The notes beneath the pieces were generated by a model, which saw only the letters and a list, made by a program, of their open reading frames with translations, made no database searches and was not told the origin of the DNA. From NCBI GenBank assembly GCA_038208905.1, contig JBBQYG010000032.1, positions 1-31,103 on the forward strand: a stretch of 31,103 nucleotides of DNA. Direction: 5' to 3'. Of this stretch, positions 30,604 to 31,103 are shown one piece after another. Origin of the DNA: Candidatus Sumerlaeia bacterium. GTDB lineage: Bacteria > Sumerlaeota > Sumerlaeia > SLMS01. Within the stretch, counting starts at the first letter, position 1. Each line of letters opens with the position of its first letter. The translations under genes were made by a program, and so were the position numbers.

Positions 30604-30711
30604 GCTTCAGCAGGTTGTGGGCGAGGATCGCGAGGCTGGCCTGCTCGCGGAAGCTTACGCTACCCATGCCCTGACTGTACAACTGTACGGGCGCCGTTGA
30701 TCCCTCAGGCC

Positions 30712-31103
30712 TCATCCCTGGCCTTCCTCCCTGCCCGGCAGCACCGCCTTGTCATGCGCCGTCAACTCCCGCCGCCCCTTGCAGACGGGCCAGCAGGTGC
30801 AGCCCCAGAAGCGGCGTTTGCGCTTGGGGGTTTTGAGGACCGTGGCGGCGCCGCATCGGGGGCATTGGGGCGGGGTGGCTGTGGGGGTGGCGTTGAGGAG
30901 GGCGTTTGCGAGCCAGCCGGTGCTTGGGGGGGCGGTGGCTCGGGCTTTGGCGAGGAGGGTTTGGAGTTTGTCGCCGTCGATGAGGGCGATGTCGCGCTCG
31001 CGGGCGAGGTCGAGGCATTCGGGGTCGAAGGATTCGGTGGAGAGGAAGTAGGCGCACTTCGCGCGGTCTCGGCGGAGCTCGTCGGCAAACTCGCGAAGGA
31101 TGG
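30712..31103 (-). CDS. 3' part of an Mrr-like restriction endonuclease domain protein with topoisomerase-type C4 zinc finger
   Basis: Not in the ORF track. Open frame from 31101: ILREFADELRRDRAKCAYFLSTESFDPECLDLARERDIALIDGDKLQTLL...PQCPRCGAATVLK...RFWGCTCWPVCKG...GQG*. Confidence 0.75.
   Translation of the reverse strand, partial: ILREFADELRRDRAKCAYFLSTESFDPECLDLARERDIALIDGDKLQTLLAKARATAPPSTGWLANALLNATPTATPPQCPRCGAATVLKTPKRKRRFWGCTCWPVCKGRRELTAHDKAVLPGREEGQG

Noticed and set aside
30278-31103. DGR template repeat or reverse transcriptase downstream of the target
   Set aside because: No AAC-rich copy of the VR on either strand and no ORF with RT motifs (YxDD) seen here or elsewhere in the window.

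Overview
GC-rich bacterial chromosomal window. Most of it is housekeeping or envelope genes: an MrfA/Hrq1-type DUF1998 helicase, tetR, thiD, metH, an MBOAT plus SGNH acyltransferase pair, a CDF transporter, clpS, DUF1844, a YfhO-like membrane protein, cardiolipin synthase, a GspE/PilB ATPase, an SDR and metK. These are interspersed with toxin-antitoxin cassettes: one intact Phd/PIN pair, one frameshifted orphan Phd, and an AbrB antitoxin with a doubly frameshifted doc. The most interesting part is 28.6-30.7 kb, which looks like the front half of a diversity-generating retroelement (DGR). A secreted FGE-sulfatase/CLec protein ends in about 110 nt with the codon signature of an adenine-mutagenised variable region. 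It is followed by a GC hairpin and by an unannotated 50-codon ORF resembling the N-terminus of HRDC-type DGR accessory proteins, cut off at an apparent rearrangement scar. No template repeat or reverse transcriptase was found in the window. Directly upstream is an 84-aa secreted protein made of three DSxPFxLDTR repeats, conserved at the protein level, with a W-containing tail; I hypothesise it is a surface-display adaptor for the variable protein. Two apparent pseudoenzymes (a membrane pseudokinase with a GspG-like ectodomain, and an alpha/beta hydrolase lacking its Ser and His) and an inverted 9-mer repeat element are also present. All family assignments are by eye from motifs; no searches were run.
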